Below are positions 42,195 through 56,678 of a DNA stretch of 64,000 nt, one piece after another. Positions within the stretch are counted from its first letter, which is position 1, and every line of letters starts with the position of its first letter. A program made the position numbers and the translations under genes. This DNA is from Eledone cirrhosa (lineage: Eukaryota): assembly GCA_964016885.1 (NCBI GenBank), contig OZ024762.1:10168001-10232000 (forward strand). The letters run 5' to 3'. The notes beneath the pieces were generated by a model that saw only the letters and a program-made list of their open reading frames with translations, was not told where the DNA came from and did not search any database.

Positions 42195-43260
42195 ACAGAT
42201 TACACCTATAGAGGTTTAGCTGGTCTCTTAACGAGGTTGTATCTCATGAGGATTTTGGTAGTTTTAAGGGGTAGGGGGTCGTGATAAGGGCCCCTGGTCT
42301 GTCTCCTAACGAGGTTTGTATCTCAGGAGGATTCTTGTGAGTTTTGATAATAAGGTCCCCAGTCCTGTCATATTTGTTATAACTTACCTCTATGTAGATT
42401 TAGCTGGTTTCTTAACGATGTTGTATCTCAGAGGGATTCTTGGGATTTTCTGTTTAGATGATAAGGGCCTCACTGCTATCTGATTGTTACAGCTCACACC
42501 TATGTAGATATAGCTGGTCCCCTAACGAGGTTGTATTTCATAAGGATTCTTGGTGGGTTTTCATAAAAGGGTCCCGCCCTAATGCTATCATGTTGTTACA
42601 GCTCACACCTATGTAGATATAGCTGGTCCCCTAACGAGGTTGTATTTCATAAGGATTCTTGGTGGGTTTTCATAAAAGGGTCCCGCCCTAATGCTATCAT
42701 GTTGTTACAGCTCACACCTATGTAGATATAGCTGGTCTCCTAACGAGGTTGTATTTCATAGGGATTCTTGGTGGCTTTCATGATAGGGCCCGCCCTAGTG
42801 CTCACACCTATGTGGGTTGAGTTGGTCTCCTGCAAGGTTGTATCTCATATGAGTTGTTTTTGGTATTTTAATGATAGGGTCTCCAGTTCTATCATGTAAG
42901 TTTAGCTGGCTTCCCACGAGGTCGTATCTCATAGGCGGTTTCTCGGGTATCTTAATGATAGAAGCCTCAGTCCTCTTACAGCTTGTTGCCTTTGGTTGTT
43001 AGTCTGTCTAGAATAAGGATTACTTTGATTTCAAAACCGGGATAGCCACCGAGGTGACAACCCAGGCCATGTGGCCAACGGCTTTATCCTTGTTACCTTT
43101 GGTTGGTAATCTGTTTAGAATAAGGATCACTCTGGTTTCAAAACCCGAGTCCTTTCATATTGTTGTTACAGCTCACACCTATGTAGGTTTAGCTGGTCTT
43201 CTAACGAGGTTGTATCTCATAGGAGGTTTCTCGGGTGTTTTAATGTCAGAGACCCCAACA
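42195..43260. repeat. ~109-bp tandem repeat, diverged at the array edges
   Basis: AGCTCACACCTATGTAGATATAGCTGGTC...TAACGAGGTTGTAT recurs at 42491, 42600 and 42709. Confidence 0.85.
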
Positions 43261-43331
43261 CCTAATATTAAAACAGCTTCTTAGCTTTGGTTGGTAATCT
43301 GTCTAGAATAAGGATCACTCTGATTTCAAAC

Positions 43332-43767
43332 CCGGGGGTAGCCATCTAGGTGACAACCCGGGGGTAGCCATCTAGGTGACAAAGCGGGGTAGCCATCTAG
43401 GTGACAACCCCGGGTAGCCATCTAGGTGACAAAGCGGGGTAGCCATCTAGGTGACAACCCCGGGGTAGCCATCTAGGTGACAACCCCGGGTAGCCATCTA
43501 GGTGACAACCTGGGCTAGCCACCTAGGTGACAACCCCGGGTAGCCATCTAGGTGACAACCTGGGCTAGTCACCTAGTTGACAACCCCGGGGTAGCCATCT
43601 ATGTGACAACCCGGGGTAGCCATCTAGGTGACAACCCCGGGGTAGCCATCTAGGTGACAACCCCGGGGTAGCCATCTAGGTGACAACCCCGAGTAGCCAT
43701 CTAGGTGACAACCCGGGGTAGCCATCTAGGTGACAACCTGGGCTAGCCACCTAGGTGACAACCCGGG
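43332..43767. repeat. ~25-bp quasi-palindromic minisatellite (~17 units)
   Basis: GGGTAGCCATCTAGGTGACAACCC. Confidence 0.9.
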
Positions 43768-44069
43768 CATGGGGCCAACGGTTTCATCCCTGCGATGAAG
43801 GCAGATGAGCTGTGGTTCGGTAGCAAGTTTCTGAGTGATAATCAGACAAGGATTTGAGACCCACCCATGTCACTTTTCCCGACCCCGATGAAAATCATGG
43901 ACATTACAGTCCCATTAATAAGGGACCACAGTATTTTCTGGGGACATCAACGAGGCACCATCTTCAAAATACTTTCTTGCAACCTAAAATAATCTAAAAT
44001 AATATTGAACCCAACTTTGTAATATATTTTCTCTTCCCCCTCCATATCATCTCTCTCACTATATATAAT

Positions 44070-44256
44070 TTTTTCTACTTTTGGCACAAGGCCAGCAATT
44101 ACCCAGTGCATTACTGGTACTTTATTTTATCGACCCCCGTAAGGATGAAAGGCAAAGTTAACCTCGGCAGGATTTGAACTCAGATCATAAAGGGACGTAA
44201 CTCTATGCTTCAAAGCATGGCGTCCGACTCTATACCGATACTGCCAATCCACCGCC
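44070..44256 (-). mobile_element. Full-length SINE S1 with 15-bp TSD
   Basis: CTCACTATATATAAT at 44055-44069 and 44257-44271. Confidence 0.9.
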
Positions 44257-44405
44257 CTCACTATATATAATGAGTTATATGGTTTGTTGATTATTCAACA
44301 AAGTTAATTTTACAACAGTTTAGAAGCACTCTACAGTATTTATTTGGAGTATCTATAATATTAACAATATTAATAAATGGAAAATATCTTTATAAAACCA
44401 TATTT

Positions 44406-44463
44406 ATTTATTATACGTATTTCAAGGGTTCTAATATTTAAGTACGCTTTTGTCAGATAAAAT
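44406..44463 (-). ncRNA. Family D hammerhead, degenerate (G8 to A)
   Basis: TTTTAT CTGACAA ... GAA AT-ACGT-AT A ATAAAT. Confidence 0.5.
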
Positions 44464-44523
44464 ATAATATTTGGTGTTAAGATAGTGACATATCTTCATG
44501 TGAACTTAATGGTATAATCCCAT

Positions 44524-44559
<36 letters not shown>

Positions 44560-44597
44560 AAGGTTAATATATATCTGAGGGTACAATGTACCCCCGG

Positions 44598-44646
<49 letters not shown>

Positions 44647-44647
<1 letters not shown>

Positions 44648-44810
44648 ATGAATAAAGTTAGTCCTTCATCAGTGATCTTCCAACAACCATCATTGGTATT
44701 TCATCGCTTTAAAGCGATGAAATACCAATGATGGTTGGAAGATCACTGATGAAGGACTAACTTTATTCATATGTAACCCATTAGCAACCACGCAGCACGT
44801 TTACTCTCAT
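44647..44810. mobile_element. Foldback element centred on TTTAAA
   Basis: Arms 44647-44710 and 44711-44771. Contains CTGATGA but no complete HHR was recognised. Confidence 0.6.
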
Positions 44811-44820
44811 ATATATATAT

Positions 44821-45165
44821 AGGGTAACAATATATCGTTAAAGGTAATCCGATAAGAGTTTGTGAAAACTACTTATCATGGATAGTTTAAGCGTACGGTG
44901 CTGTGTGACTCAACAAGAGGTTTACGTGGGTGACGAGTAAATGACTTCACTTGTTTTCCTATGTAAGTGTATCTTGGAGTAATATAAAAGCGAAGAATAA
45001 GATGGTCAACATTATAAACAAAGATTTATTTACAGTCTGACAATTGTTTCTATGATAGAGTAGTCTAAAAATTGCTAAACATTGAGTGTCACTATCTTCA
45101 GTGTTTAGCAATTTTTAGACTACTCTATCATAGAAACAATTGTCAGACTGTAAATAAATCTCCTT

Positions 45166-45170
<5 letters not shown>
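44821..45170 (-). mobile_element. Family E foldback element with hammerhead core (45034-45101)
   Basis: Minus: CTGAAGA [long stem II] GAA AC-AATT-GT C AGAC; stem I is lost at the inversion junction. Homolog at 61805-62175. Confidence 0.65.
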
Positions 45171-45213
<43 letters not shown>

Positions 45214-45344
45214 GTCTTGATTTTTTTTAAATTGAGTTTGAATTATTTTCCCATATCTTACGTTAAATATTTTCCATTTTGACGTCATAGTCACTTATAT
45301 ATTATGAAATACTGTTGGCTTCTTGCTCACATTAATTTCTCTTT

Positions 45345-45693
45345 TGGCAGTATCGGTAGAGGGTCGGACGCCATGCTTTCCAGCATAGTTATGTCCTTTT
45401 ACGATCTGAGTTCAAATCCCGCCGAGGTTGACTTTGCCTTTCATCCTTACGGGGTCGATAAAATAAAGTACCAGTAATGCACTGGGTAATTGCTGGCCTT
45501 GTGCCTAAAGTAGAAACAATTAATTTCTCTTCGGACACCATGCTTTGAAGCATAGAGTTACGTCCCTTTACGATCTGAGTTCAAATCTCGCCGAGGTTAA
45601 CTTTGCCTTTCATCCTTTACGGGGTCGATAAAATAAAGTACCAGTAATGTACTGGGTAATTTGCTGGCCTTGTGCCTAAACATAGAAACAATT
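45345..45693 (+). mobile_element. Two tandem SINE S1 copies
   Basis: TTGGCAGTATCGG...GAGTTCAAATCCCGCC...AGTAGAAACAATT, repeated; ATTAATTTCTCT flanks each copy. Confidence 0.85.
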
Positions 45694-46106
45694 AATTTCT
45701 CTACTTTCATTTATATATATATATGATAAGATTCAGGATCCCGACGGCTGAGCTCCGGCCATTACGACAGCTAGATCCCCACCCCAAGTATGGAGTATTC
45801 TGGAGGGTTATGGTCCACCTGTTTTTTTTTTTTGTTTTTTTTTTTGTTTTGTTTTTTCTTACTACACCCTATCTGATGTAGGGTCTGAACTCAGGCGATT
45901 TTTTTCTATAGAGGAAAGAATCGACCCCAGTACTGACCTGGTACCTTTTTTTTTATCGACCTCGAAAGGATGAAAGACAAAGTTGACCACAGCAGGATTT
46001 GAACTCAGATCGGGCAATGAGGTGCGACGACTACCGCAAAGCATTCTGTCTCAACGACTAATACGAAGACCAAAATTCGAAGAGGGCGCGATAAAGATTG
46101 TGTGTG

Positions 46107-46170
<64 letters not shown>

Positions 46171-46360
46171 AATACATATAAATATATATAAATACATATA
46201 TGCAAAAGTTTTATTTAAAATTGTTGGGTTACAACGAGTAAATATTTTATAACTGATATAAAAGCACTCAACAGTTTTTGGAGTAGGTTTACGATATTAA
46301 ACAAATGGAAACTATATTTATAAAACCATATTTATTTCATATATACATATACATATATAT

Positions 46361-46563
46361 AGGAACGAGTAGGACCCCGACGGCTGAGCTCAAGCCGTTT
46401 CGACGGCTAATTCTGGACTAATTTAGTCCAGAATTAGCCGTCGAAACGGCTTGAGCTCAGCCATCGGGGTCCTACACGTTCCTATTACCCACTCTACTAC
46501 CCTAAGTATTGAGTACTTTGGTGCGTTATGGTCCACCTGGTTCCTTACCACATTTCCTTCGTT
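46361..46563 (+). mobile_element. Family A foldback element
   Basis: Palindrome centred near 46421 (GGACTAATTTAGTCC), plus the 3' extension. Confidence 0.8.
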
Positions 46564-46849
46564 ATATATATATATATACACATACATACACACACACACA
46601 TATATTATACGTACACATATACATACATACATATACATATATATATATACACATACATACACACACACACACACATATATATTATACGTACACATATACA
46701 TACATATACATATATATATATATATATATATTATATATCTGTATATAGACACGCATTCCTCGTGTGTAGAGACTATTAAATTGTCTCTGCGTGCCAGTGG
46801 GGTCACTGGTGAGCATTTCTGACCCTCACGATTACCATCACCATCACCA

Positions 46850-47365
46850 CCACCATCTTGACAATTATCATCACTATCACCACACCAAAACCATTAGTAC
46901 CACCACCACCACCATCTTGACAATTATCATCACTATCACCACACCAAAACCATTAGTACCACCACCACCACCACCTTGACAATTATCATCACTATCACCA
47001 CACCAAAACCATTAGTACCACCACCACCACCACCTTGACAATTATCATCACTATCACCACACCAAAACCATTAGTACCACCACCACCACCACCTTGACAA
47101 TTATCATCACTATCACCACACCAAAACCATTAGTACCACCACCACCACCACCTTGACAATTATCATCACTATCACCACACCAAAACCATTAGTACCACCA
47201 CCACCACCACCTTGACAATTATCATCACTATCACCACACCAAAACCATTAGTACCACCACCACCACCACCTTGACAATTATCATCACTATCACCACACCA
47301 AAACCATTAGTACCACCACCACCACCACCTTGACAATTATCATCACTATCACCACACCAAAACCG
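46850..47365. repeat. 59-bp minisatellite (~8.5 units)
   Basis: TTGACAATTATCATCACTATCACCACACCAAAACCATTAGTACCACCACC... Confidence 0.9.
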
Positions 47366-47737
47366 CCATCAACAGTGGAACTACCAGCACCACCTCCACT
47401 CGAAAACAAAAACCACCAACACCACCACCACCACCACCACCACCACCATCACCCTCACCAACACCACCACCACCACCATCACCAACACCAACACCACCAC
47501 TACCGTCATCACAACCACTATTATTTTCACTACCACAACAACCATCACCAACCACTACCACCAGTCAACACCACCACCACCACCACCACCACCACTACCA
47601 CCAGTCAACAACACCACCACCACCACTACAACCAACCCCACCACCACCACCACCATGTCATGTAGTAAGTCCACTTAACGGACATCTTAAATAAAACAAA
47701 AAAAGGTGACATCACATGATTGCCTTTAGGCAACACA

Positions 47738-48135
47738 CTACCACCACCACCACCATGGCAGTCAACACTGCCACCACCACCACCATGGCAGTCAACACTG
47801 CCACCACCACCACCATGGCAGTCAACACTGCCACCACCACCACCATGGCAGTCAACACTGCCACCACCACCACCACCATGGCAGTCAACACCGCCACCGC
47901 CACCATGGCAGTCAACACTGCCACCACCACCACCATGGCAGTGTTGACTGCCACCACCACCACCATGGCAGTCAACACTGCCACCACCACCACCATGGCA
48001 GTCAACACCGCCACCGCCACCATGGCAGTCAACACTGCCACCACCACCACCATGGCAGTCAACACCGCCACCACCACCACCATGGCAGTCAACACCGCCA
48101 CCGCCACCACCACCATGACAATCAACACCACCACC
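47738..48135. repeat. 27-33-bp minisatellite with internal hairpin
   Basis: ACCACCATGGCAGTCAACACTGCCACC units. Confidence 0.9.
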
Positions 48136-48225
48136 ATCGCTCTGTGAGGTATAGGACTGTGTGTGTGGTAAAGTATGTGTTTATGTGTGTGTATAGTACG
48201 GTGTGTATGTGTGTGATGTGGTTTG

Positions 48226-48281
<56 letters not shown>

Positions 48282-48362
48282 GTGCGTGTGTAAGTGTGCA
48301 CCCATGTGGTAAGTATGTGTGTGTGGGAGTTTAAAGTACTTTCCTATGCAACCCCTTTATCT

Positions 48363-48398
<36 letters not shown>

Positions 48399-48564
48399 TA
48401 TGTATGTATCTATGTATGTAGTATGTGTGCGTGTTAAATGTATGGGTGTGTGCGTGTGTGTGTATGTATCTATGAATATAGTATGTGCGTGTGTGTGTGT
48501 GTGTGTATGTATCTATGAATATAGTATGTGCGTGTGTGTGTGTGTGTGTATGTATTTATGAATA

Positions 48565-48646
<82 letters not shown>

Positions 48647-49874
48647 TATTTCAAGTTATTTCCATACACCCCCCCCCCCCCCCATACACCCCCCAAAGAA
48701 ATACCAATACTTCTCGCCACACCTGAGATAATATTTAGCGGGAGGGAGGAGATGGTGGTGGGGTGAGGTGAGAGAGAGGAGGGTTGGTGGGGTGTGGAGG
48801 AGGAGGAGGAGGAGAGTCGAAGGAGGGAGGTAGTCAGATGGAGAGTGTGGGGAGGAAGGGTGCTTCACATGGGCTGTGCAAGGTGTGTGTGTGTGTGTGT
48901 GTGTCTGTCTGTCTGTGTGTGTGTGTCTGTGTCTGTGTGTGTGTGTCTGTGTCTGTGTGTCTGTGTGTGTGTGTGTCTGTGTGTGTGTGTGTCTGTGTCC
49001 AACAACTTTACAGAGTGTACTGGATGCATTTTATCCTGGTATATCTATTATATATTTTATGTAACCATCCTTTGTTCTCCGCATCCCCACCACCTTACCA
49101 CAACTCATTCACTTCCCCCTATCTCTCCCTTTCTCCCTTCCCCCTATCTATCTATCTCTCTCTCCTCACTCTCTTCCTTTCCCCTAGACATCTCTCTCCC
49201 TTCCCCCTATCTATCTATCTCTCCCCCCTATCTATCTATCTCTCCCTTGCTTCCTTCCCCCTATCTACCTCTCCCCTCCTATCTATATCTTTCTCCTCAC
49301 TCTCTTCCTTTCCCTTCTCTCTCTCTCTATCTCCTATCTATCTATCTCCTTCTCACTCTCTTCCTTTCCCCTATCTATCTCTTATATCTCTCACTCTCTT
49401 CCCTTACAGACCACTCTCTCTAGCTATGGCCTTATCCTTCTCTCTTTATAACCCCCCCCCCCCTCCCTCACTACTTCGGAACATTTTCTTTAGTCGCCAT
49501 TTCAACAAAATATTACCCTACACCAGAAGTTATTTCATTAAAAAGACAACAATAGATGAACAGAACAATTATTGTAAAGAAATACCCGAGTGATATAATA
49601 ATTGCTTCTACTTTTGGCACAAGGCCAGCAATTATCCCAGTGTATTACTGGTATATAATCATTGAGAGTTGGTTTTATACTCTACAGTTACTTACGGGTC
49701 CAACACACATACATATACGCAGAGGCCTCGTTTGCCTTAAAAATGTGAGGGGTACAAACCAACATTTGTTGATTCTTAAAGGAGCATAAATTGATTATGG
49801 TCCCTTTCCCGGACCCTATCACAGAAGTAAAATTTTACGCTAATTAAATTTTAGATATTTAAATGAAGTTCAGA

Positions 49875-50255
49875 TAATTGTTTCTACTTTAGGCACAAGG
49901 CCAGCAATTTACCCAATGCATTACTGGTACTTTATTTTATCGACCCCGTAAGGATGAAAGGCAAAGTTAACCTCGGCGGGATTTGAACTCAGACCGTAAA
50001 GGGACGTAACTATGCTGGAAAGCATGGCGTCCGACCCTCTACTGATACTGCCAATCCACTAATGAGGTGGTGAATTGGCAGTATCGGTAGAGGGTCAGAC
50101 GCCATGCTTTCCAGCATAGTTATGTCCCTTTATGATCTGAGTTCAAATCCCGCCGAGGTTAACTTTGCCTTTCATCCTTACGGGGGTCGATAAAATAAAG
50201 TACCAGTAATGTACTGGGATAATTGCTGGCCTTGTGCCAAAAAGTAGAAACAATT
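49875..50255. mobile_element. Head-to-head inverted pair of SINE S1
   Basis: Minus copy 49875-50059 and plus copy 50063-50255. Confidence 0.85.
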
Positions 50256-50487
50256 ATATCAAATAAACAAAAAATAAAATATAGACATTTGAAAAAGTGT
50301 GTGTGTGTGTGGGAGGGGACTTGTCCCCTGGTACCCCCCTGAAACAAGGCCCTTGTATGTACACATACACACAACTGATGAAAGGGCAGTTATCTCCCGT
50401 TCCTGCCTTCCTCTTATTTATAAATACACCTCATCCAGCTACTCCACAGCCCCTGTTTCTTCTAAAAATGTATATATATATATATAT

Positions 50488-50861
<374 letters not shown>

Positions 50862-50975
50862 TAGATAGAGAAAGAGAGAGCCTGTGTGTGTGTATGTGAG
50901 AGAGAGTGTGTGTGTGCGTATGTGAGAGTGTGTGTGTGTATGTGTGTGTGTATGTGAGAAAGTGTGTATGTGTAT

Positions 50976-51023
<48 letters not shown>

Positions 51024-51369
51024 TAGATAGAGAAAGAGAGAGCCTGTGTGTGTGTATGTGAGAGAGAGAGAGTGTGTGTGTGCGTATGTGAGAGTGTGTG
51101 TGTGTGTGTGTATGTGAGAGAGTGTGTGTGCGTGTATGTGTATGTGTGTGTGTGCGTGTGCGTGTGCGTGTGCGTGTGCGAAAGTGATCTGGAGTAATGT
51201 TCACAACAGATGTATGTATAACAAATCTGGGCGCGGTTTCTGAAACCAATATCACACACCCCACCTCCACTTACACCATACACAACACCACCACCTGCTA
51301 ACACACGTGCATGTGTATATATATATACACACGTACATGTGTGTGTATATATATATATATGTGTGTGTG

Positions 51370-51451
<82 letters not shown>

Positions 51452-51538
51452 TACATATACACACAAATATATATATACATATATATATATATATACATGT
51501 ATATATATAAATACGGAGAGAAAACGGGGTTCACTTAC

Positions 51539-51613
51539 TTTGCACTGAATAACCTTTGCCTCTACACCCCCCTGCCCCGTCAAACCCTGGGCCACCTTGT
51601 CACCCCGGTACAC
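51539..51613 (-). other. Candidate 75-nt (probably non-coding) exon
   Basis: CTAAACCAGCAG acceptor and AAA|GTAAGT donor in a unique GC-richer island. Confidence 0.2.
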
Positions 51614-52349
51614 CTGCTGGTTTAGGGGTCACCAATAAAGGAATTCTTCTGAAGGAAACATACATGTAGTGCATATGTGGTTGGATACCTACATACACAG
51701 GTGTGTGTATACGTGTGTATATATACATATGTACATATGTATATATACATATGTACATATGTATATACATATATATATATATATATATATACTTACTTAT
51801 ACATATATATATATATACTTATACAAATATACTTTTACATACACATATATATATATGTATACATACACATATATATACATACACATACACACACACATAT
51901 ATATAACAGACACATACACATATATATATATACACATATATATATAACACACACACACATATACATATATATATAAAACATAGACACACACACGCACATA
52001 TAACTCACACATACACATATATATAACATATATAACAAGAGGGGCCCTTAATCCTCTTAATCCCCTTTAAAAAACAAAACCTTTTTACCATCTACCAACT
52101 GAACCCTGTTATTTTCCAAAAATTACACCTCGCCTCTTTTCACAACCTTTTCTTACTTGAAAGACAGGACGAACGGACAGACGCCGTGGAGATGGGACAG
52201 AGTTCATTCAGTGTGTGTGGGGGGGGGGGGGATGACTGCACACACACACACACACACACGCACGTGTTTTTTTTTTCTAAAAAAAAAAAATAAATAAAGG
52301 TTTTCCTTCCCCCCTCTCCACCATCTTTCTATTTCATCTTTTATTTCTC

Positions 52350-52387
52350 ATTCTCTGACGAAGTATTAGTGTACGAAACGTAAAGAT
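52350..52387 (+). ncRNA. Minimal Penelope-type hammerhead
   Basis: CTGACGA AGTA-TTAGTG-TAC GAAACGTA with an imperfect stem I. The downstream TTCGTTGTACTG is shared with the 57859 element. Confidence 0.55.
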
Positions 52388-52493
52388 TCTTTTCCTACTA
52401 TATCAAGCGTTAAACTTTATATATTTCTTCGTTGTACTGTGTTAGTTTCCCTTTTCTTTTTTCATATATATGTATGTATGTATGTATATATAT

Positions 52494-53080
52494 GTCAGGT
52501 CACCAGTTGGTGCTACTGGTAACATGTATCCCAGTACAACCTGTCCCATGGTCGGGTCGTTGGCGACTAAACTGGCAACCCCACCAAGGTTTCTTGGTGA
52601 GGAGGGTGACTTTGGATATCCTGCAGGACTAAAAACAAAACCTGTCAAAGGAGCTCTTAAGAGTCAATGGCCATCCAAAATCACCGGGAGAGATGACCCC
52701 TTAGCCTTTGTCAAGGCAGAATTCTAGAAGGAAAACTCTGATATAACACCTGCAACTCTGATGGTATCCAATGATGTTGACTTGTTCTTCTTTTTGGTAA
52801 ATATCATCTTGGTTAAGAGAGTGGGACTGGCTTTGTGCAGTGCCTTTGCTCACTATAAAAGCTTCGCGGCACAGGCATTGCTTTATATCTGGAGATCTCT
52901 CTGCACGTGTCATCACATGGTACCATGGACCCAGCACTATGTGTCAATAATTGTCACAAGTGTAGTGTTTGTACCAGAGTTTTCAAGCCGCTGGCTGGAC
53001 TAAAAAGTCACAGTCGTTCAGCGCATCGGTAGGGGTTCTCCTACATGGATATAAACTCGAAAACGAGTTGACAGCCACCA
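52494..53080 (+). mobile_element. Bipartite RTE-like element, longest copy
   Basis: CSVCTRVFKPLAGLKSHSRSAHR* at 52961-53032; ends CAGCCACCA(TA)n. Confidence 0.7.
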
Positions 53081-53194
53081 TATATATATATATAGCTTAA
53101 AATGGAGTGAGAATAAGAAGAAAGCAAGAACGTGGGGGGGGGGGGTCCTCATCAGTTGTCTACTGGGGATTTCGGATATCTCCACGCTTTAAAG

Positions 53195-53265
<71 letters not shown>

Positions 53266-53268
<3 letters not shown>

Positions 53269-53478
53269 AGGGTGTTAAAGTTTGCTTGAAGCATTGTGAA
53301 ATGTGTAAAATATGTAGTTTAGAAAGCCACAACAATGCAGATGGGAAATCTCGAGGTAAGAAGTGAGTGAGAAATAGGAGAATTTGTTTTGTTTCCATTT
53401 TCACTTTTCTCCTATTTCTCACTCACTTCTTACCTCGAGATTTCCCATCTGCATTGTTGTGGCTTTCTAAACTACATA
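53266..53478. mobile_element. Family H foldback element
   Basis: Perfect ~72-bp arms at 53311-53382 and 53407-53478. The unpaired end matches 57186-57224 in reverse. Confidence 0.7.
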
Positions 53479-53495
53479 TATATATATATATATAT

Positions 53496-53905
53496 GTAGG
53501 AGGTGAGTTTTATTGTAGTACAATAAAGCAATGCAGATATCGGATAAGAAGCACTCTACAGTTTGTAGGACTGGAGTATACATAATATAAGATCAAAAGA
53601 TGGTTAAAGGAGTTCCATGTATTTTATTATGCGCATTTCAAAAACAAACATCATCATGCAATAATATTTGTGTTTTCATCAGATAAAACAGGAGAACATG
53701 ATATGAAGGCTAAAAAACACTTGTGGATAGTACAGATATGTTGATTTAAAACTGCACTATCCACAAGTGTTTTTTAGCCTTCATATCATGTTCTCCTGTT
53801 TTATCTGATGAAAACACAAATATTATTGCATGATGATGTTTGTTTTTGAAATGCGCATAATAAAATACATGGAACTCCTTTAACCATCTTTTGATCTTAT
53901 ATTAT
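53496..53905. mobile_element. Family D-related foldback with two intact hammerheads (minus 53621-53689, plus 53798-53866)
   Basis: GTTTTAT CTGATGA [AAACACAAATATTAT...ATGATGTTTGTTTTT] GAA AT-GCGC-AT A ATAAAAT; ~150-bp perfect arms. Confidence 0.85.
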
Positions 53906-54240
53906 ATATATATATATATATATATGTGAGTGTGTGTATGTGTTAAGTATATCCGAGGAAAAGGTCAAGGAAAGAAGAGTGCTCTATGTATAGTACAGAG
54001 CTATTTAAACAAAAGATGGTTACTTCAGATCATCTCTATTTCATAATACGTATTTCGAAGATGCAAGGCTTAGGTATAACATAATCCCAAACATGTTCCC
54101 GTCAGATAGGAGATGTAGTTTTCATTTGATATGCCGGCAGCCAAACAAGCTGGGCAGATCGATGACAACCAAGCATATGAATAAACAAATATATATAATA
54201 AAAAGAAAGATATGTTATGTCTTCATCACTTTTATGGAGT

Positions 54241-54326
54241 AGTAACGCGCATTTCGCTATTGATCAGCTCAAGATTCGATCTATATCGATCTAGCTCGAC
54301 TCTGGAATCAAAAGCTCGTCAGATCA
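54241..54326 (-). ncRNA. Hammerhead core with long stem II and weak stem I
   Basis: CTGACGA GCTTTTGAT...ATCAATAGC GAA AT-GCGC-GT T. Confidence 0.5.
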
Positions 54327-54692
54327 TGTGATCTTACAATAACTAAACGATACAATCCCTATATATATATATATATATAAATCTATATATCTTACGGTAA
54401 ACATTGATGCAATTCAAATCAAGCACTCGACGCATTTGTTTCCACAGAGGAAAAACGGAGTATATTTAGAATGAGAAAATGCGAAATAGTTTCAGATGTT
54501 AAAGTCCTTTTATTGATAATGCTGAGATACTTATTTCAACGACGACAGTGGCCACACACTTATGTGTACCCAGTATATATATATATCAATTTTATAGTTC
54601 TGGTATGTCAAATTAATACCATAGAACAACCACTGTATCATAGACACCCTATATATTTCCAGGGGTACTTAGTACCTGTGGGGATATTAACT

Positions 54693-54726
<34 letters not shown>

Positions 54727-54734
<8 letters not shown>

Positions 54735-54972
54735 TGAATATAAAAGAGAGATAAACACAGACATATATGTGTTCAAATCGTAAGGGACCAGATTCGCTAA
54801 GGTGAAAAGAATACTAACTATAGACAATAGGGTTTGTCAGACTCAATTTAAGAATATTCTCAAACCCTATTGTCTATAGTTAGTATTCTTTTCACCTTAG
54901 CGAATCTGGTCCCTTACGATTTGAACACATATATGTCTGTGTTTATCTCTCTTTTATATTCAATTATATAAT
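54727..54972. mobile_element. Foldback element, ~110-bp perfect arms
   Basis: 54727-54837 versus 54860-54972; no HHR recognised. Confidence 0.7.
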
Positions 54973-55046
54973 ACGGCTCGGAAAAATCTTTCCTTAGAGC
55001 TATTTTATTGTATGAGACTATTTTGAGTTTCTAACTCAATATATAC

Positions 55047-55115
<69 letters not shown>

Positions 55116-55200
55116 ATATAGTCTATATATACACTATATATGATGTTGTCCAAGGGAAAGGCAATGGCTGACACAGCTTGGCACCTGTGACGACAATATA

Positions 55201-55237
<37 letters not shown>

Positions 55238-55290
55238 CAAATAACGAAACGAAATTAAATTTCGTTTTAACTTAATTGTTTATATATATA

Positions 55291-55369
<79 letters not shown>

Positions 55370-55386
55370 ATTTATATATATATATT

Positions 55387-55449
<63 letters not shown>

Positions 55450-55552
55450 ATACATACACACACTATATAGTCTATATATACACTATATATGATGTTGTCC
55501 AAGGGAAAGGCAATGGCTGACACAGCTTGGCACCTGTGACGACAATATATAC

Positions 55553-55586
<34 letters not shown>

Positions 55587-55913
55587 TACACTATATAGTC
55601 TATATATACACTATATATGATGTTGTCCAAGGGAAAGGCAGATACAGCTCAGCACCCGTGACGTGCCAATATATATATATATATATATATACACTATATA
55701 TGATGACATCGCAATTGCGAGCCCAATACACTAACCACTAAGCCATACTCCTTCACACACACAGACACACAGACACACATAAGGTCTGAATGAAAGTATC
55801 GACTTATGTGAGGCAATCACAAAGCACTCAATGGTGCGTAAAGTTAATAAATGTCTCGCCTAGAGTTAACACAAATTTACACACGATGTAACAGAATGAA
55901 TATATTGACTAGA

Positions 55914-55979
<66 letters not shown>

Positions 55980-56157
55980 TATATATATATATATATATGT
56001 ATATCTCTCTCTATATATATGTAAGTATATCTCTCTCTATATATATATATGTAAGTATATCTATATATGTATGTGTATATATATATATGTATGTATATGT
56101 ATGTGTATATATATATATATATATATATGTGTGTATGTATATCTATATGTATGTATG

Positions 56158-56218
<61 letters not shown>

Positions 56219-56340
56219 AACTATATATCTATATACATGTATGTATGTATATCTATATACATGTATGTATATATATATATTTATATATATATATAATTCA
56301 AAATATTAATAAATGAAAAATATTGTCATAATCAAAATAT

Positions 56341-56405
56341 ATATTTTATTATACATATTTCAAAGGTACAATGGTGTTTAAGTACGCTTTCATCAGACAA
56401 AATAT
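56341..56405 (-). ncRNA. Family D hammerhead, intact core
   Basis: ATATTTTGT CTGATGA ... GAA AT-ATGT-AT A ATAAAATAT. Confidence 0.65.
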
Positions 56406-56469
56406 ATAAGTGATTGGATATGCGACATAAAGTTACGGCTTTGATTATACAATTCCAATAGTGGCAGTC

Positions 56470-56537
<68 letters not shown>

Positions 56538-56619
56538 TTATACTAAGCTCGTCCTATGGACTGAGTGCTCTTACTCTTGGATATTTCCACTTAACTTTTA
56601 CTTGTATATATATATATAT

Positions 56620-56678
<59 letters not shown>

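Noticed and set aside
44070-44256. tRNA gene calls at SINE heads
   Set aside because: A and B boxes are present, but no cloverleaf was recognised and the heads continue into SINE bodies with TSDs.
44711-44790. Possible hammerhead in the TTTAAA-centred palindrome
   Set aside because: CTGATGA is present but no correctly placed GAAA/NUH with paired stems was found.
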